Positions 7,797-17,702 are shown, counted from the first letter of the stretch. The stretch: 64,000 nt of DNA from Minisyncoccota bacterium (GCA_036266715.1 DATAXS010000006.1:1757-65756); one strand, 5' to 3'. Notes: generated from the sequence alone by a model not told the origin. A program made the numbers and translations.

Positions 7797-8819
7797 TCAA
7801 GCCGCGAGACCGAGAAGATGGTTCATTTCTTTTGCATATGGCAATGGGCCGTCTATAAAAACCGAGACGACGGTCGTCCTGCCGTTCGGACCCACAATTT
7901 CGCTCGAGCGACCCGATTTATACATTTGTGCAATGTGGTTGTTTGTCCCTTGGATGACGAGTCCTGAGGTCCACCCTGCCGGAACGAGGTCGAGATAGAG
8001 TCTGCGGCTCATGATTGCCGCTTCTCTCTTACTGACTCCGGTTATGATGCGCTCAGAAGGGATTTCTTTCGTGTAATTGAATCCCGTTTCTCCAAGTCCC
8101 AAAATCGTTCTGCTTCCCGGGACTTTTTCTTCTTCTTTGTCTGAGGCGATACCCAGAACCTGCACATCTGGCAGGACTTCTCTGAAGTATATGCTCGCGG
8201 CGACGGCCGTGGACGTGGTACCGAGCGCCACAGAAAAGAGGAATCGAAAAGGAATACCGAGGCGATTCACTTCCCGTTCGATATGCGGCAGGGTAAATTC
8301 CCATTGCGCTTCGAGGCCGCCACGGTGAAGATATTGATTCACCTCAAAGTGCCCTTCTTGGTCCGCCATGAGATGCGCATACTCAATGGGAGACTTGCCG
8401 GTCGGAGCGTAAAGAATCTTTGCTCCGGCGAGCGTGAGCTGTTCTTGTTTGCCCTGCGGGGTTGAGGCGTCGATCACGGCGATAAAACCACCACTCTTTG
8501 TTCTCGGATCGACATCGGCCTCGAAGATTCCCTGCAGGAGACCAAAGCCCACACCCGCGTTGCCTGAAGTAGCTCCGATCCACTTTCTACCCTTGAGGTT
8601 TTCGGCCTCAAGGAAGCAGATTCCTGCGGCCGGGATCGTTTTGCCGTTAAAGGACGAAAGTCCTGAAAGCGCCAAAGCGAAGTGGTCAACATTTTTTGCA
8701 ATGGCCGGATCCATTCCTGCCTTCGCCGATTCCGGTAGGCGGATGATTGGAGGGAGGCCATGCTTGAGCATGTCGTAAAGCCTTCTTTGCCTTTCCGGAA
8801 GCTTATTGCGTATGATCAT
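7797..8819 (-). CDS. PLP-dependent enzyme, tryptophan-synthase-beta/cysteine-synthase-like fold
   Basis: 'SFNGKTIPAAG' (candidate PLP lysine) and 'KWIGATSGNAGVGFG', which resembles the SSGN(T/A)G phosphate-binding loop. Assigned by motifs only. Confidence 0.55.
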   Translation of the reverse strand: MIIRNKLPERQRRLYDMLKHGLPPIIRLPESAKAGMDPAIAKNVDHFALALSGLSSFNGKTIPAAGICFLEAENLKGRKWIGATSGNAGVGFGLLQGIFEADVDPRTKSGGFIAVIDASTPQGKQEQLTLAGAKILYAPTGKSPIEYAHLMADQEGHFEVNQYLHRGGLEAQWEFTLPHIEREVNRLGIPFRFLFSVALGTTSTAVAASIYFREVLPDVQVLGIASDKEEEKVPGSRTILGLGETGFNYTKEIPSERIITGVSKREAAIMSRRLYLDLVPAGWTSGLVIQGTNNHIAQMYKSGRSSEIVGPNGRTTVVSVFIDGPLPYAKEMNHLLGLAA

Positions 8820-8955
8820 TTCGTTTCCTATCCGATATCCAAGTTTGAACTCCTTGCTGTGGGCATTCTATTAATAATACACCGATTCGTCAAGGGAAAA
8901 GAGTATGATTTGTAACCCTATAAAAAACTCTAACAATCATTTATCATTAATCCCA

Positions 8956-9723
8956 ATGGCAGACCAAAAAAGCGAAGTTCCACAGCCCGGCATCCAGCCC
9001 GGAAGGCCAATCGTGGTGGAGGGCGTTGAATACATGCGCTACCCCATTCGCGTGCCGCGATTGATAGAGTTCGGGGAAAGCGCGGAGAAGGTGGTGAACG
9101 AATTCGTGAAGCCGCACTTTCGGCCGGGTGATTGGATGGCGATATCGGAAAAGATAGTTTCCATTTCGCTGAATCTCGTCCAACATATTTCCACTATTAA
9201 GGTGACGTGGTTCGCGCGCTTTATTACGAAGGGTATCAGAAAGCATAAGACGATGACGGCGTGGTCGCGGCCGGAAAAGGTCCAGCTCGCGATAGACATT
9301 GCCGGTTGGTGGCGCATCGCGCCCGCCGCCGCGCTCGGCGCCGTGGGCAAGCTCGTTGGCCTGCGCGGCGTGTTTTGGGTGATTGCCGGACACCGCGTGT
9401 CGGAGATAGACGGCATGATCCCGGAAGACATGTATCCCTATACCGAATGGGCCGTGCTCCCGCCGCCGCATCCGCAAAAGGACTGCGAGGACATTGAGAA
9501 AAAAACCGGCATTCCCGCGGTCACGGCCGATGCAAATTTCATTAACGTGAAGATTTTGGGCGTGAGCAAGGGCGCAGGGCTCAGCAAAAAGCTCGCGCGG
9601 CTCGTACTCCTGGACAATCCGCTGGGGCAGGGGAATAAGATGACGCCGTTCGTGCTCGTGCGGAAGATCGGCCCTGCGCCCGCGGGCACGCCCGACACTG
9701 TGGTAAACAGAACTAAATTTTAA
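8956..9723 (+). CDS. CofE-like (F420-0:gamma-glutamyl ligase family) protein
   Basis: 'FRPGDWMAISEKIVSIS' and C-terminal 'LLDNPLGQGNKMTPFVLVRK' resemble CofE-family motifs. Start taken at 'MADQKS'; the ORF-track start is 8905. Confidence 0.45.
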   Translation: MADQKSEVPQPGIQPGRPIVVEGVEYMRYPIRVPRLIEFGESAEKVVNEFVKPHFRPGDWMAISEKIVSISLNLVQHISTIKVTWFARFITKGIRKHKTMTAWSRPEKVQLAIDIAGWWRIAPAAALGAVGKLVGLRGVFWVIAGHRVSEIDGMIPEDMYPYTEWAVLPPPHPQKDCEDIEKKTGIPAVTADANFINVKILGVSKGAGLSKKLARLVLLDNPLGQGNKMTPFVLVRKIGPAPAGTPDTVVNRTKF

Positions 9724-9725
9724 TA

Positions 9726-10547
9726 ATGTCGCTCCGGAGCAAAATAAAAAATCGGCTGCCGTGGTGGGCCCACTATCTTTACCGGAAAATATATTATTTG
9801 CCGCAGGACCTCCCGGCCGCGCTCGGCTTTATTTTCCACCAAACAAAGTCGCCGACCGCGATGGGCGCGCGTGCATCGCTTGTCCGCAAGTTCTATAAAA
9901 TCTCATATTATGTTGACTGTCCGCATACGGAGCATGAGCTGATCAAGATCGCGCGGCGCATTTTGGATCTGGGCACGCCCGGTGTGGGCAGTGCAGCGGG
10001 GACTGGTGGTGGTGTGCCGGGCGTGATCGTGGAAGCAGGTGCCTTCCACGGCGGGAGTACGGCCAAGCTCTCGCTCGTGGCCAAGCTCGCGGGACGTGAG
10101 TTCCACGTCTTCGATTCTTTTGAAGGGATGCCGGAAAACGGGGAAGCCGGCGGCAAGAGCATCTACGGCCGCGAGCACCATTTCCCGAAGGGGAGCCATG
10201 CGGTAGGGCTTGAGGAGGTAAAAGGCAATGTGGAAAAATATGGCGCCCCGGACCACGTGCATTTTCACAAAGGGTTTTTTAGCGCCACCATGCCGGCGTT
10301 CAAAGAGCCCGTGGCAGCTTCGTGCATCAACGTGGACCTTATGGAATCTACGCGTGACTGCCTCAAATGCCTCTATCCGCTTACTGCACGCGGTGGCGTC
10401 ATCTTTTCTCAGGACGCGCACTTCCCCTGGATAATAGCGCTTTTGAGCGACGACGCTTTCTGGCAGAAGGAAATTGGCGTGGAAAAGCCAAAAATGGAGG
10501 ACCTTGGCAGGTCAAAACTGGTAGCTATCTCCATGCCCGCTTCATGA
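9726..10547 (+). CDS. TylF/macrocin-O-methyltransferase-family class I SAM methyltransferase
   Basis: 'VIVEAGAFHGGSTAKLS', 'FHVFDSFEGMPE', 'INVDLMESTRDCL'. Starts 3 nt after the previous gene. Confidence 0.7.
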   Translation: MSLRSKIKNRLPWWAHYLYRKIYYLPQDLPAALGFIFHQTKSPTAMGARASLVRKFYKISYYVDCPHTEHELIKIARRILDLGTPGVGSAAGTGGGVPGVIVEAGAFHGGSTAKLSLVAKLAGREFHVFDSFEGMPENGEAGGKSIYGREHHFPKGSHAVGLEEVKGNVEKYGAPDHVHFHKGFFSATMPAFKEPVAASCINVDLMESTRDCLKCLYPLTARGGVIFSQDAHFPWIIALLSDDAFWQKEIGVEKPKMEDLGRSKLVAISMPAS

Positions 10548-10644
10548 AAACTTCACGAAAAAAGAGCTATCTAGATATGGAGTAAGCGCGCAAACGCGAT
10601 TGGCGAAAAAGACGCTCGCGTGGCACGTAAGCACCCAAAAGGAC

Positions 10645-12705
10645 ATGAAAAAACTCAAACAAATAAGCCTTTTCCTTCTTGTGCTTGCGGCGTATATCAT
10701 TTCCGGCAAACTAGGGCTCCAACTTGCGTCCATTCAGGCAAATGCCACGCCCATTTGGGCGCCCGCCGGTATTGCAACGGCGGCGCTCCTCATTCTGGGC
10801 TACCGTTTTTGGCCGGCAATATTTCTTGGTGCTTTTATTACGAATATTACGACGGGAGGAACGCCCGTGGCTGCAACGCTTGCAATCGCCATCGGCAACA
10901 CGCTGGAAGCGCTCCTTGCCGCCTACCTCGTGAACCGTTTTGCGAACGGCGTGCGTGCGCTCGATAAGACGGACAACGTGTTCCGCTTTGCGTTCCTCGC
11001 GGGCGGCGTGAGTCCCATGGTAAGCGCGACGATCGGGGTTACGAGCCTCTTCCTTGCGGGATCCCTGCATGCGGCGGACTTTACTTCCGTTTGGAGCACG
11101 TGGTGGCTGGGCGACGTGGGAGGCATGCTCATCATTGCGCCGTTCCTGCTCGCGTGGTTCACCGACCATGCGATCGAGTGGAGCACAAGAAAGATCCTTG
11201 AGGTCGTGGCGCTCGCCGCGCTGCTTTTTGCGTTTGCCCTTTTTGCGTTCAAAGGCACCCCGGGATTCATTTTTGTGTTCTACCTTTTTATTCCGGTTTT
11301 CGTATGGGTCGCGTTCCGGTTCAGCCAGCGGGAGACGGCGACCGTGCTCTTCGCCATGACCGAGATCACGCTTTATGAAACACTGCACGGCGAGGGGCCG
11401 TTCATCAATGCCGCGACGACGCTGAATGCGGCCCTGCTTCTTTTCCAGGCGGCGATGGTCACGATCGCTATCACCATGTTTGCGCTTTCCGCAGCGTCCG
11501 CCGAGGAACGGAAGCATGCGGTGGCGACCATACGGGCGAACGAACGGATGGAACAGGAAAAGGCGGTTGACGCGGCCATTATTGCGAGCGTGGGTGACGG
11601 GCTTATTGTGACCGACCAAGAAGGCAATATTGCGCTTGTAAATCCTCAAGCGGAAAAGTTTCTCGGCTGGCGGGCGGAGGAGATTGTCGGGAAAAAATAT
11701 TATGACGTGATCCAGGTGCAAAACGAGGATGGCGTGACCGTGGCGCTCTCCGAACGGCCGCTCGTGAAGACCGTCGCCGAACGGAAAAGGATTGCGAGTG
11801 GGCCGATGTTTGCCACGCGCTACTACGTGCGCAAGGACGGGGGCCGTTTCCCGGTTTCCTTCACCAAAACGCCCGTAATGCTCGGCGGCGAGGTCATCGG
11901 GACCATAGAAATTTTCCGCGACGCCACAAAGGGCGTGGAGATCGACCGCACAAAATCGGAGTTCGTATCGCTCGCGGCGCACCAGCTCCGCACGCCGCTT
12001 TCCATCATTGCCATGCACGCGGAGCTCCTCAAGAAGCAGGGCCAGCTTTTCGGCAACCACGACGAGGAGATGTGTGTGGATTATGCGACGGAGATCCACG
12101 ATGTTGCGATGCGCATGGCGGACCTCATCAACGACCTTCTGAACGTTTCCCGCATCGATACGCAGACGCTTGTCGTGACGCCGGGATCGGTCAATGTGCG
12201 GAGGCTTGTGGACGGTATCCTCCGGGAAATGGCGTTCAAGTTTTCCAGCCGGAATATTACCGTGCGCACGAACTATCCGGATCCCGCCCCGGAACTCGTG
12301 ACGGACCCACACCTTCTTGAGATCATAGTAGAGAATCTTTTGGGGAATGCGGTGAAATATACGCCTGAAGGGGGAAGGGTTTCCATTGTGGTGAGAGAAG
12401 AGGAGCTGGACATTGTGGTTACGATCACGGACACCGGCCACGGCATCCCGCATGCCCAGCACGGAGAAGTGTTCAAGAAATTTTTCCGTGCGGACAATGC
12501 GCGGCGGATGGCGAGCGAAGGCACCGGACTCGGCCTTTACATCGTGAAGTCGGTCGTGGAACGCCTGGGCGGTAGTATTTCCTTTGAGTCGCGCGAAGGC
12601 GAGGGGACGAGCTTTGTGGTGCATATTCCAAAGACGAGCGCGGAGGGACTGGGTATTCCGGAAGAAGACGATATTTCCACGCTCGCCGTGTCCTCTTCTT
12701 TATAA
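10645..12705 (+). CDS. sensor histidine kinase (MASE1 membrane domain - PAS - HisKA - HATPase_c)
   Basis: MASE1-like 'ISGKLGLQLASIQANATPIWAPAGIATAALLILG'. PAS 'GDGLIVTDQEGNIALVNPQAEKFLGW'. H-box 'SLAAHQLRTPLS'. N/G boxes 'LLGNAVKYTPEGG' and 'DTGHGIP..GTGLGLYIV'. ATG 10645 preferred over TTG 10600. Confidence 0.85.
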   Translation: MKKLKQISLFLLVLAAYIISGKLGLQLASIQANATPIWAPAGIATAALLILGYRFWPAIFLGAFITNITTGGTPVAATLAIAIGNTLEALLAAYLVNRFANGVRALDKTDNVFRFAFLAGGVSPMVSATIGVTSLFLAGSLHAADFTSVWSTWWLGDVGGMLIIAPFLLAWFTDHAIEWSTRKILEVVALAALLFAFALFAFKGTPGFIFVFYLFIPVFVWVAFRFSQRETATVLFAMTEITLYETLHGEGPFINAATTLNAALLLFQAAMVTIAITMFALSAASAEERKHAVATIRANERMEQEKAVDAAIIASVGDGLIVTDQEGNIALVNPQAEKFLGWRAEEIVGKKYYDVIQVQNEDGVTVALSERPLVKTVAERKRIASGPMFATRYYVRKDGGRFPVSFTKTPVMLGGEVIGTIEIFRDATKGVEIDRTKSEFVSLAAHQLRTPLSIIAMHAELLKKQGQLFGNHDEEMCVDYATEIHDVAMRMADLINDLLNVSRIDTQTLVVTPGSVNVRRLVDGILREMAFKFSSRNITVRTNYPDPAPELVTDPHLLEIIVENLLGNAVKYTPEGGRVSIVVREEELDIVVTITDTGHGIPHAQHGEVFKKFFRADNARRMASEGTGLGLYIVKSVVERLGGSISFESREGEGTSFVVHIPKTSAEGLGIPEEDDISTLAVSSSL

Positions 12706-12725
12706 TGTAAATCACCTTCACGTCC

Positions 12726-13127
12726 ATGCGTAAACCAAGGATTTTGATTGTGGAAGATGAACCGGCGATACTCCGCCTTCTTGCCAAAGTGTTTAGCGAG
12801 GAAGGGTTTGAGGTGTCCGCTGCGGAAGACGGGGAAAAAGGGCTCGCCGCGGGCCTCTTTGGCCAGCCCGACATTGTGCTCTTTGATATTGTGATGCCTA
12901 ACATGGATGGCATTACCATGCTCACCCGCATGCGGCGGGACGGCGGCAAATGGGGAAAGGGCGTGAAGGCGATCGTCTACAGCAACTTAAGCTATAACGA
13001 AACGCGCGACGAAGCGCGCGAAGCGGGCGTGGCGGATTTTCTCGTGAAGGTGAACGTGCGCGTGGATGAGGTCATCCGGCGGGTGCGCGAGGAGCTTGCC
13101 GCGTCCATGAGCGGAGAACTCAACTGA
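12726..13127 (+). CDS. single-domain response regulator (CheY-like receiver)
   Basis: 'ILIVEDEPAILRLL', 'PDIVLFDIVMPNMDG', 'AIVYSN'. Directly downstream of the kinase. Confidence 0.85.
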   Translation: MRKPRILIVEDEPAILRLLAKVFSEEGFEVSAAEDGEKGLAAGLFGQPDIVLFDIVMPNMDGITMLTRMRRDGGKWGKGVKAIVYSNLSYNETRDEAREAGVADFLVKVNVRVDEVIRRVREELAASMSGELN

Positions 13128-13146
13128 GCCGCGCGCCCAGCCGCGC

Positions 13147-13635
13147 CTATTTGTCCTTGTGTTTGTTGTTCAAAAGATGGAAGTGTAGAAACTTGTCTAT
13201 GCCGAAATATTCGCCCGCGTTCGCAAAAATGAGGATGAGCAAGCAGAGCATAAGGACGATCTCCCCGTTCGCGAATTCAAATGCCGAAAGGGGCGAGTAG
13301 CTGAACGTGGGAAGAAAGCTTGCAAGCGTGAGCACGATCCCTGCAAGCGCCATGAGGCGCATGACGAGCCCCAAGATAAGGCAAATGCCGATCACGAGGA
13401 ATGCCCACGCAAAGAACGTTTGGAGCGAGCCCGGCGCGCCGGCATTCGCGGCCACATTGGCCGTGAGCCACGAGTAGAGGTCGCCGAAGGACCGCGCCTG
13501 AAGCTCGTTCCCGAGCCCGTGATCAAACAGTGCCCCCCAACCGAGGTAGAAAAAGTTAATGCCGAGCGCGAGCCTCAGTAAAAAAATAATAAACCGCAGG
13601 GTGTGGGGGATCTTTGTGCCGGTGCCGTTCGTCAT
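13147..13635 (-). CDS. DoxX-like integral membrane protein
   Basis: 162 aa with four predicted TM helices. 'LRLALGINFFYLGWGALFD' resembles the DoxX family. Confidence 0.5.
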   Translation of the reverse strand: MTNGTGTKIPHTLRFIIFLLRLALGINFFYLGWGALFDHGLGNELQARSFGDLYSWLTANVAANAGAPGSLQTFFAWAFLVIGICLILGLVMRLMALAGIVLTLASFLPTFSYSPLSAFEFANGEIVLMLCLLILIFANAGEYFGIDKFLHFHLLNNKHKDK

Positions 13636-13700
13636 GCCGTGTGGATGTATAATAGTATTATAGTATATTCGGGTTACGCCCGACGGACATCAATCACCCA

Positions 13701-14225
13701 ATGGAAAACCACAAGAAGCATTCCCTCGGCCGCCGCGCATTTTTCCTTTTTCTCTCAAAACGTATCAAGTCGGTCATATTCCTGTTCATCGTGACGGCGG
13801 CGGTCTGGTGGAGCGAGAGGTGGGTTCCCGCCGGATATCTTCCCTGGGTCGCGTATGCCACCGAGCTTCTGTTTTTGATAAGCTGCGCATGGTTTGTTTT
13901 CATGCTTGTGCAGACCTATTTGGAATACCGTTATTACACCTATATGTTTACGGAAGAGGCGTTCATCATGACCTCCGGCTACATGATGCGGACCGAGGTA
14001 GCGGCGTTGTATCACCAGATCCAGAACGTGAACATTTACCGCAGTCCGGCGGACCGGCTTGCGGGCGTGAGCAAGGTGGTGATCTTTATGACCGGGAACG
14101 AAAAAGATTCGCCGCATAACAAGATCGTGCTTCCCGCGGTTGGCAGCAAAAAAGCAAAGCTGGTGCAAAAGGAATTGCTTTCCCGTGCCCGGCGCCACTT
14201 TGGGACGGTGAACGAAGCTGCGTGA
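13701..14225 (+). CDS. membrane protein with bacterial PH domain (bPH_2 / YdbS-like)
   Basis: Two N-terminal TM helices, then 'YTYMFTEEAFIMTSGYMMRTEVAALYHQIQNVNIYRSPADRLAGVSKVVIF'. Confidence 0.6.
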   Translation: MENHKKHSLGRRAFFLFLSKRIKSVIFLFIVTAAVWWSERWVPAGYLPWVAYATELLFLISCAWFVFMLVQTYLEYRYYTYMFTEEAFIMTSGYMMRTEVAALYHQIQNVNIYRSPADRLAGVSKVVIFMTGNEKDSPHNKIVLPAVGSKKAKLVQKELLSRARRHFGTVNEAA

Positions 14226-14249
14226 CCGCATGGGCGCTGCCGTAGGTCT

Positions 14250-15407
14250 CTACGAAATATCGGATTCCTTCGTGCGAGCAAGGAACGGGGAAATGGGTTT
14301 TACGAACCCCGCCATGGCAAGATCCAGTAGTTTAAGATATTGGTTTACGGCGGCGAGCGAAGGGGAATCGGGCGCGCTCATCTCCGTGAGCGAGCGCGTG
14401 ACGCCGTCTTTCCCCGTATAAAATACGCGGTCGTGCCAGAATTCGCGCCCTTTGAGCGCGGGATAGCGGTCCACGATCTCGCTTATCTGGCCGGCATAGC
14501 GCACGAAGAGCGATTTGCGGCTTTGTGGCATGAGGAGAATATCACTCTTCTTTTCGTCGCGGATCTCATGGACAAACTCCTGGAAGGTCCGGGCATTCGT
14601 GAGGTTGATCATGCCGCTCGGTTCTAAGCCGTGCCGGTCGCCGCCCGAAATGAGCGGGAGGCCGATGCGCTCCGCAATGACCATCACGCGCCGGTTCGTT
14701 TCCCACGATTGGAGCGCGTTCACCTCAAGCGCGTGCATCCATTTGCCGTAATGCGCAAGGAACTCATCCACCACCGGCACGGGAATCTCGCGGCCGATCC
14801 TTCCCTGGTCCGTCAAGGGGTGGTTGAGGACGATGAGCACTTCGGGGATCTTGTGGAGTCGCGCGAGGATGTCCGCCAGCACCTTGCCATCCGGTTTTGC
14901 GGTGAATGCACGCATTTCCGCAAGAAGCGAGGCACTTTTTGCGCGCGGCAGGTTGTGTACGCCTACATGGAAAATAAATTTTTTGTAAGGGACGCTCCAC
15001 TCAAGTGAGATAGGAACGTTCTTTTTGTGAATGTCTATAAGTTCCTCGTTCGCCGCGGTCTCGTCGTGGTCGGAAAGGGAAACAAGAGGGCTTAAATTTT
15101 CTTTTTCCACCTGTTTTGCCTCAAGGAGATACGCGTCCTCCGGCGATATGGGCGACGTCCAGTAAGCATAGCGGTAGTCAATGCCCTCGCCCCACTTTTT
15201 CTCGTGGCTTGCTTCGGCACGGGCGAGGAGCCGGGCAAAGGGGGATACCTTTTCGGCGAAATCGGGGAGAAATCCAAGGTTTTCCTTTGAGTGCCACGTG
15301 TGGCCGTGCAGCGACACGCCCGTCAGGAATTTTTCACGCCGTGAACTCCTCCTCCACTTGTAATGGAAATTCGTAGCCATGCGCTTCGGGGAAATGATGT
15401 GATTCAA
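14250..15407 (-). CDS. PHP-domain-like metal-dependent phosphoesterase
   Basis: 'SLHGHTWHS', 'SLSDHDE', 'VLNHPL', 'SGGDRHG', the His/Asp motifs typical of the PHP superfamily. Confidence 0.5.
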   Translation of the reverse strand: MNHIISPKRMATNFHYKWRRSSRREKFLTGVSLHGHTWHSKENLGFLPDFAEKVSPFARLLARAEASHEKKWGEGIDYRYAYWTSPISPEDAYLLEAKQVEKENLSPLVSLSDHDETAANEELIDIHKKNVPISLEWSVPYKKFIFHVGVHNLPRAKSASLLAEMRAFTAKPDGKVLADILARLHKIPEVLIVLNHPLTDQGRIGREIPVPVVDEFLAHYGKWMHALEVNALQSWETNRRVMVIAERIGLPLISGGDRHGLEPSGMINLTNARTFQEFVHEIRDEKKSDILLMPQSRKSLFVRYAGQISEIVDRYPALKGREFWHDRVFYTGKDGVTRSLTEMSAPDSPSLAAVNQYLKLLDLAMAGFVKPISPFLARTKESDIS

Positions 15408-15567
15408 TTATATACGAACATTGCGAAAAAGAAAAACCCGACATACGAGAAGGTATGAACCGGCGTCCAAAAGCCCCGCGGGCATACATAACGGGTCATT
15501 TTCTTTATACGCGGAAATGGAGAAGCGCGAGGGAAAAAAGTTTCATGAACAACATGAAGGATTTTTC

Positions 15568-15595
15568 TTGACACGCGCGGTGGGTGCTCTAAAAT
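15568..15595 (+). promoter_or_regulatory. putative sigma70-type promoter for the GH6 gene
   Basis: TTGACA (15568-15573), 16-nt spacer, TAAAAT (15590-15595), 52 nt upstream of ATG 15648. Confidence 0.45.
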
Positions 15596-15647
15596 ATTCC
15601 TAACAGCAAGAAACTTTTTCCGGGTTTCCCCTGTTGCCTAAAAATAA

Positions 15648-17702
15648 ATGAAAAAAATAATTGTGTTCGTGTGCTTTGTGTTCGCAGGTTTTTTTGTTCA
15701 CCAAAATGTCATGAACACGGCGCACGCCGATTCGCCCTTCACTATGGCGGTGCAGGGGTCGGCGACTGCGGCCGTTGGCCAGGGGGACGGCCTTTCCGCA
15801 TCCGTCACGGACAGCGGCAATTCCGTTTCGAATGTGATCGTAGACGTGGAAGTGCACGACGCATCCGGCGCCAGGGTGTTCCAGCAGTTCTTCTCCGGCC
15901 AGAATTTCGGTTCGGGCCAAACGCAGAATTACAGCGCGGGATGGACGCCGACCGCGAACGGCACGTATACCGTGGATGCGGGCGTTTTTAATGCCGATTG
16001 GTCGCAGCTTCTTTCCTGGGAACAGGCCGGGCTTACGGTAACGGTGGGCGGCGCGGCGGCGCCGAGCTTCACCGCGACGGCAAGTGCGAGCCCCGCCGCG
16101 CCGACCACAGGCCAGCCCGTCAACGTGTCGTTCAACGTGCAGGACGGCAACGCGCCGGCGAACGGCATGATCGTGGATTTTGAGGTCTATGGTCCCTCCG
16201 GCGCAAAGGCATACCAGCAGTTCTTTTCCGGCCAAAACTTTTCCGCGGGTCAAACGAATTCCTACACGGCGTCGTGGACGCCGAGCGCCACGGGGAACTA
16301 TACCGTGGACGTAGGGGTCTTCACGGCAAATTGGGCAGAGACCGTTTCCTGGACAAATGTTTTGGGAACGACGGTCGCGCAATCAAATCCGCAGTTTAAT
16401 GTGGCGGCAAACGTGAACCCCACCGCTCCCACGCCCGGGCAGGCAGTGTCGCTCGGCGCGAACGTCACGGATGCCGGCGGCCCGGTGTCAAACGTCATCA
16501 CCGACCTTGAGGTGCATGATGCTTCCGGCAACAAAGTGTTCCAGCAATTCTTTACCGGCCAGAACTTTTCTGCGGGCGGGACCCAGTCCTACAACGTGAA
16601 TTGGACGCCATCCTCGGCAAGCACCTACACGTTTGACGTCGGCATATTCAATGCCGATTGGTCCCAACTTCTTTCCTGGAATGCGGCGGAAAATATCAAT
16701 GTGGCAACGGCCGCGACGGAAGATCCACCCGCGCCAACCCCAACCCCGACCCCGACCCCGGCACCAACACCGACTCCCACTCCCACGCCGGTGGCCACTC
16801 CTGTCGCGAATTCGGTGTTGAGTGCGACGGTAGCGCTTTTGAACAGCCCCTTTTACGTTGACCCGGATTCGCAAGCAGCGGTTTCCGCAAGTTCGCTTAC
16901 CTCAAGCGATCCAACGGACGCGGCATTGATCAATATTATTGCCACTGAGCCGACGGGTGTCTGGTTCGGCGGCTGGAACACGGACGTGTACCAGGATGTG
17001 AACGCGCTTGTGAGCGCCGCGCAGAATACGGGGAAGACCCCGGTGCTCGTGGCGTACAACATTCCCAATCGTGACTGCGGCGGGTATTCCGCCGGCGGCG
17101 CGCAAACTCCGGCCGCATACCAATCGTGGATACGATCTTTTGCGAGCGGCATTGGCAACCGGAGCGCGATCGTGATCCTTGAGCCGGACGGGCTCGCCAA
17201 CATGGATTGCCTTTCGGCAGCGGACCAGGTGACGCGGGAAGGACTTTTGAACTACGCGGTGGGCATCTTGAAATCGCTTGGCAATACCAAAGTCTATCTT
17301 GATGCGGGCAATCCGAACTGGATATCCGCGGGGGACATGGCTCCGCGGCTTGAGGCCGCCGGCATCGCGCAGGCGGATGGATTTTCGCTCAACGTCTCCA
17401 ACTTCTATACGACGTCGGCAAACGTGGCATTCGGCGAATCGCTCTCGGCGCTCGTAGGCGGCAAGCACTTTGTGGTGGACACAAGCCGCAACGGCAACGG
17501 TTCCTTGAACGGCGAGTGGTGCAACCCAGCGGGCATGGCGCTCGGCAACACGCCGACGTTCAAGACGGGAAATCCGTTAGTAGATGCATATCTTTGGATC
17601 AAGCCGCCCGGCGAATCGGATGGGACGTGCAACGGCGGACCTTCGGCGGGGACATGGTGGTCGCAGTATGCGGTAGGTTTGGCGCAAGCAGCGGGTTACT
17701 GA
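15648..17702 (+). CDS. secreted GH6 cellulase with four N-terminal beta-sandwich repeats and a Pro/Thr linker
   Basis: Signal peptide. Four ~105-aa repeats ('VFQQFFSGQNF..GQTQ.Y...WTP...GTYTVD.GVF.ADWS'). Linker 'PAPTPTPTPTPAPTPTPTPTPVATP'. GH6 motifs 'YNIPNRDCGG', 'ILEPDGLAN', 'YLDAGNPNW', 'WIKPPGESDG'. Confidence 0.85.
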   Translation: MKKIIVFVCFVFAGFFVHQNVMNTAHADSPFTMAVQGSATAAVGQGDGLSASVTDSGNSVSNVIVDVEVHDASGARVFQQFFSGQNFGSGQTQNYSAGWTPTANGTYTVDAGVFNADWSQLLSWEQAGLTVTVGGAAAPSFTATASASPAAPTTGQPVNVSFNVQDGNAPANGMIVDFEVYGPSGAKAYQQFFSGQNFSAGQTNSYTASWTPSATGNYTVDVGVFTANWAETVSWTNVLGTTVAQSNPQFNVAANVNPTAPTPGQAVSLGANVTDAGGPVSNVITDLEVHDASGNKVFQQFFTGQNFSAGGTQSYNVNWTPSSASTYTFDVGIFNADWSQLLSWNAAENINVATAATEDPPAPTPTPTPTPAPTPTPTPTPVATPVANSVLSATVALLNSPFYVDPDSQAAVSASSLTSSDPTDAALINIIATEPTGVWFGGWNTDVYQDVNALVSAAQNTGKTPVLVAYNIPNRDCGGYSAGGAQTPAAYQSWIRSFASGIGNRSAIVILEPDGLANMDCLSAADQVTREGLLNYAVGILKSLGNTKVYLDAGNPNWISAGDMAPRLEAAGIAQADGFSLNVSNFYTTSANVAFGESLSALVGGKHFVVDTSRNGNGSLNGEWCNPAGMALGNTPTFKTGNPLVDAYLWIKPPGESDGTCNGGPSAGTWWSQYAVGLAQAAGY

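Noticed and set aside
10711-12624. 637-aa ORF on the minus strand
   Set aside because: It is entirely antisense to the well-supported histidine kinase gene. Its Arg/His/Gly/Pro-rich, low-complexity translation is typical of shadow ORFs in GC-rich DNA.
16720-16800. Apparent tandem DNA repeat (ccaaccccaaccccgaccccgaccccggcacc...)
   Set aside because: It encodes the Pro/Thr linker 'PAPTPTPTPTPAPTPTPTPTPVATP' of the GH6 protein. It is a coding low-complexity linker, not a CRISPR array or a non-coding microsatellite.
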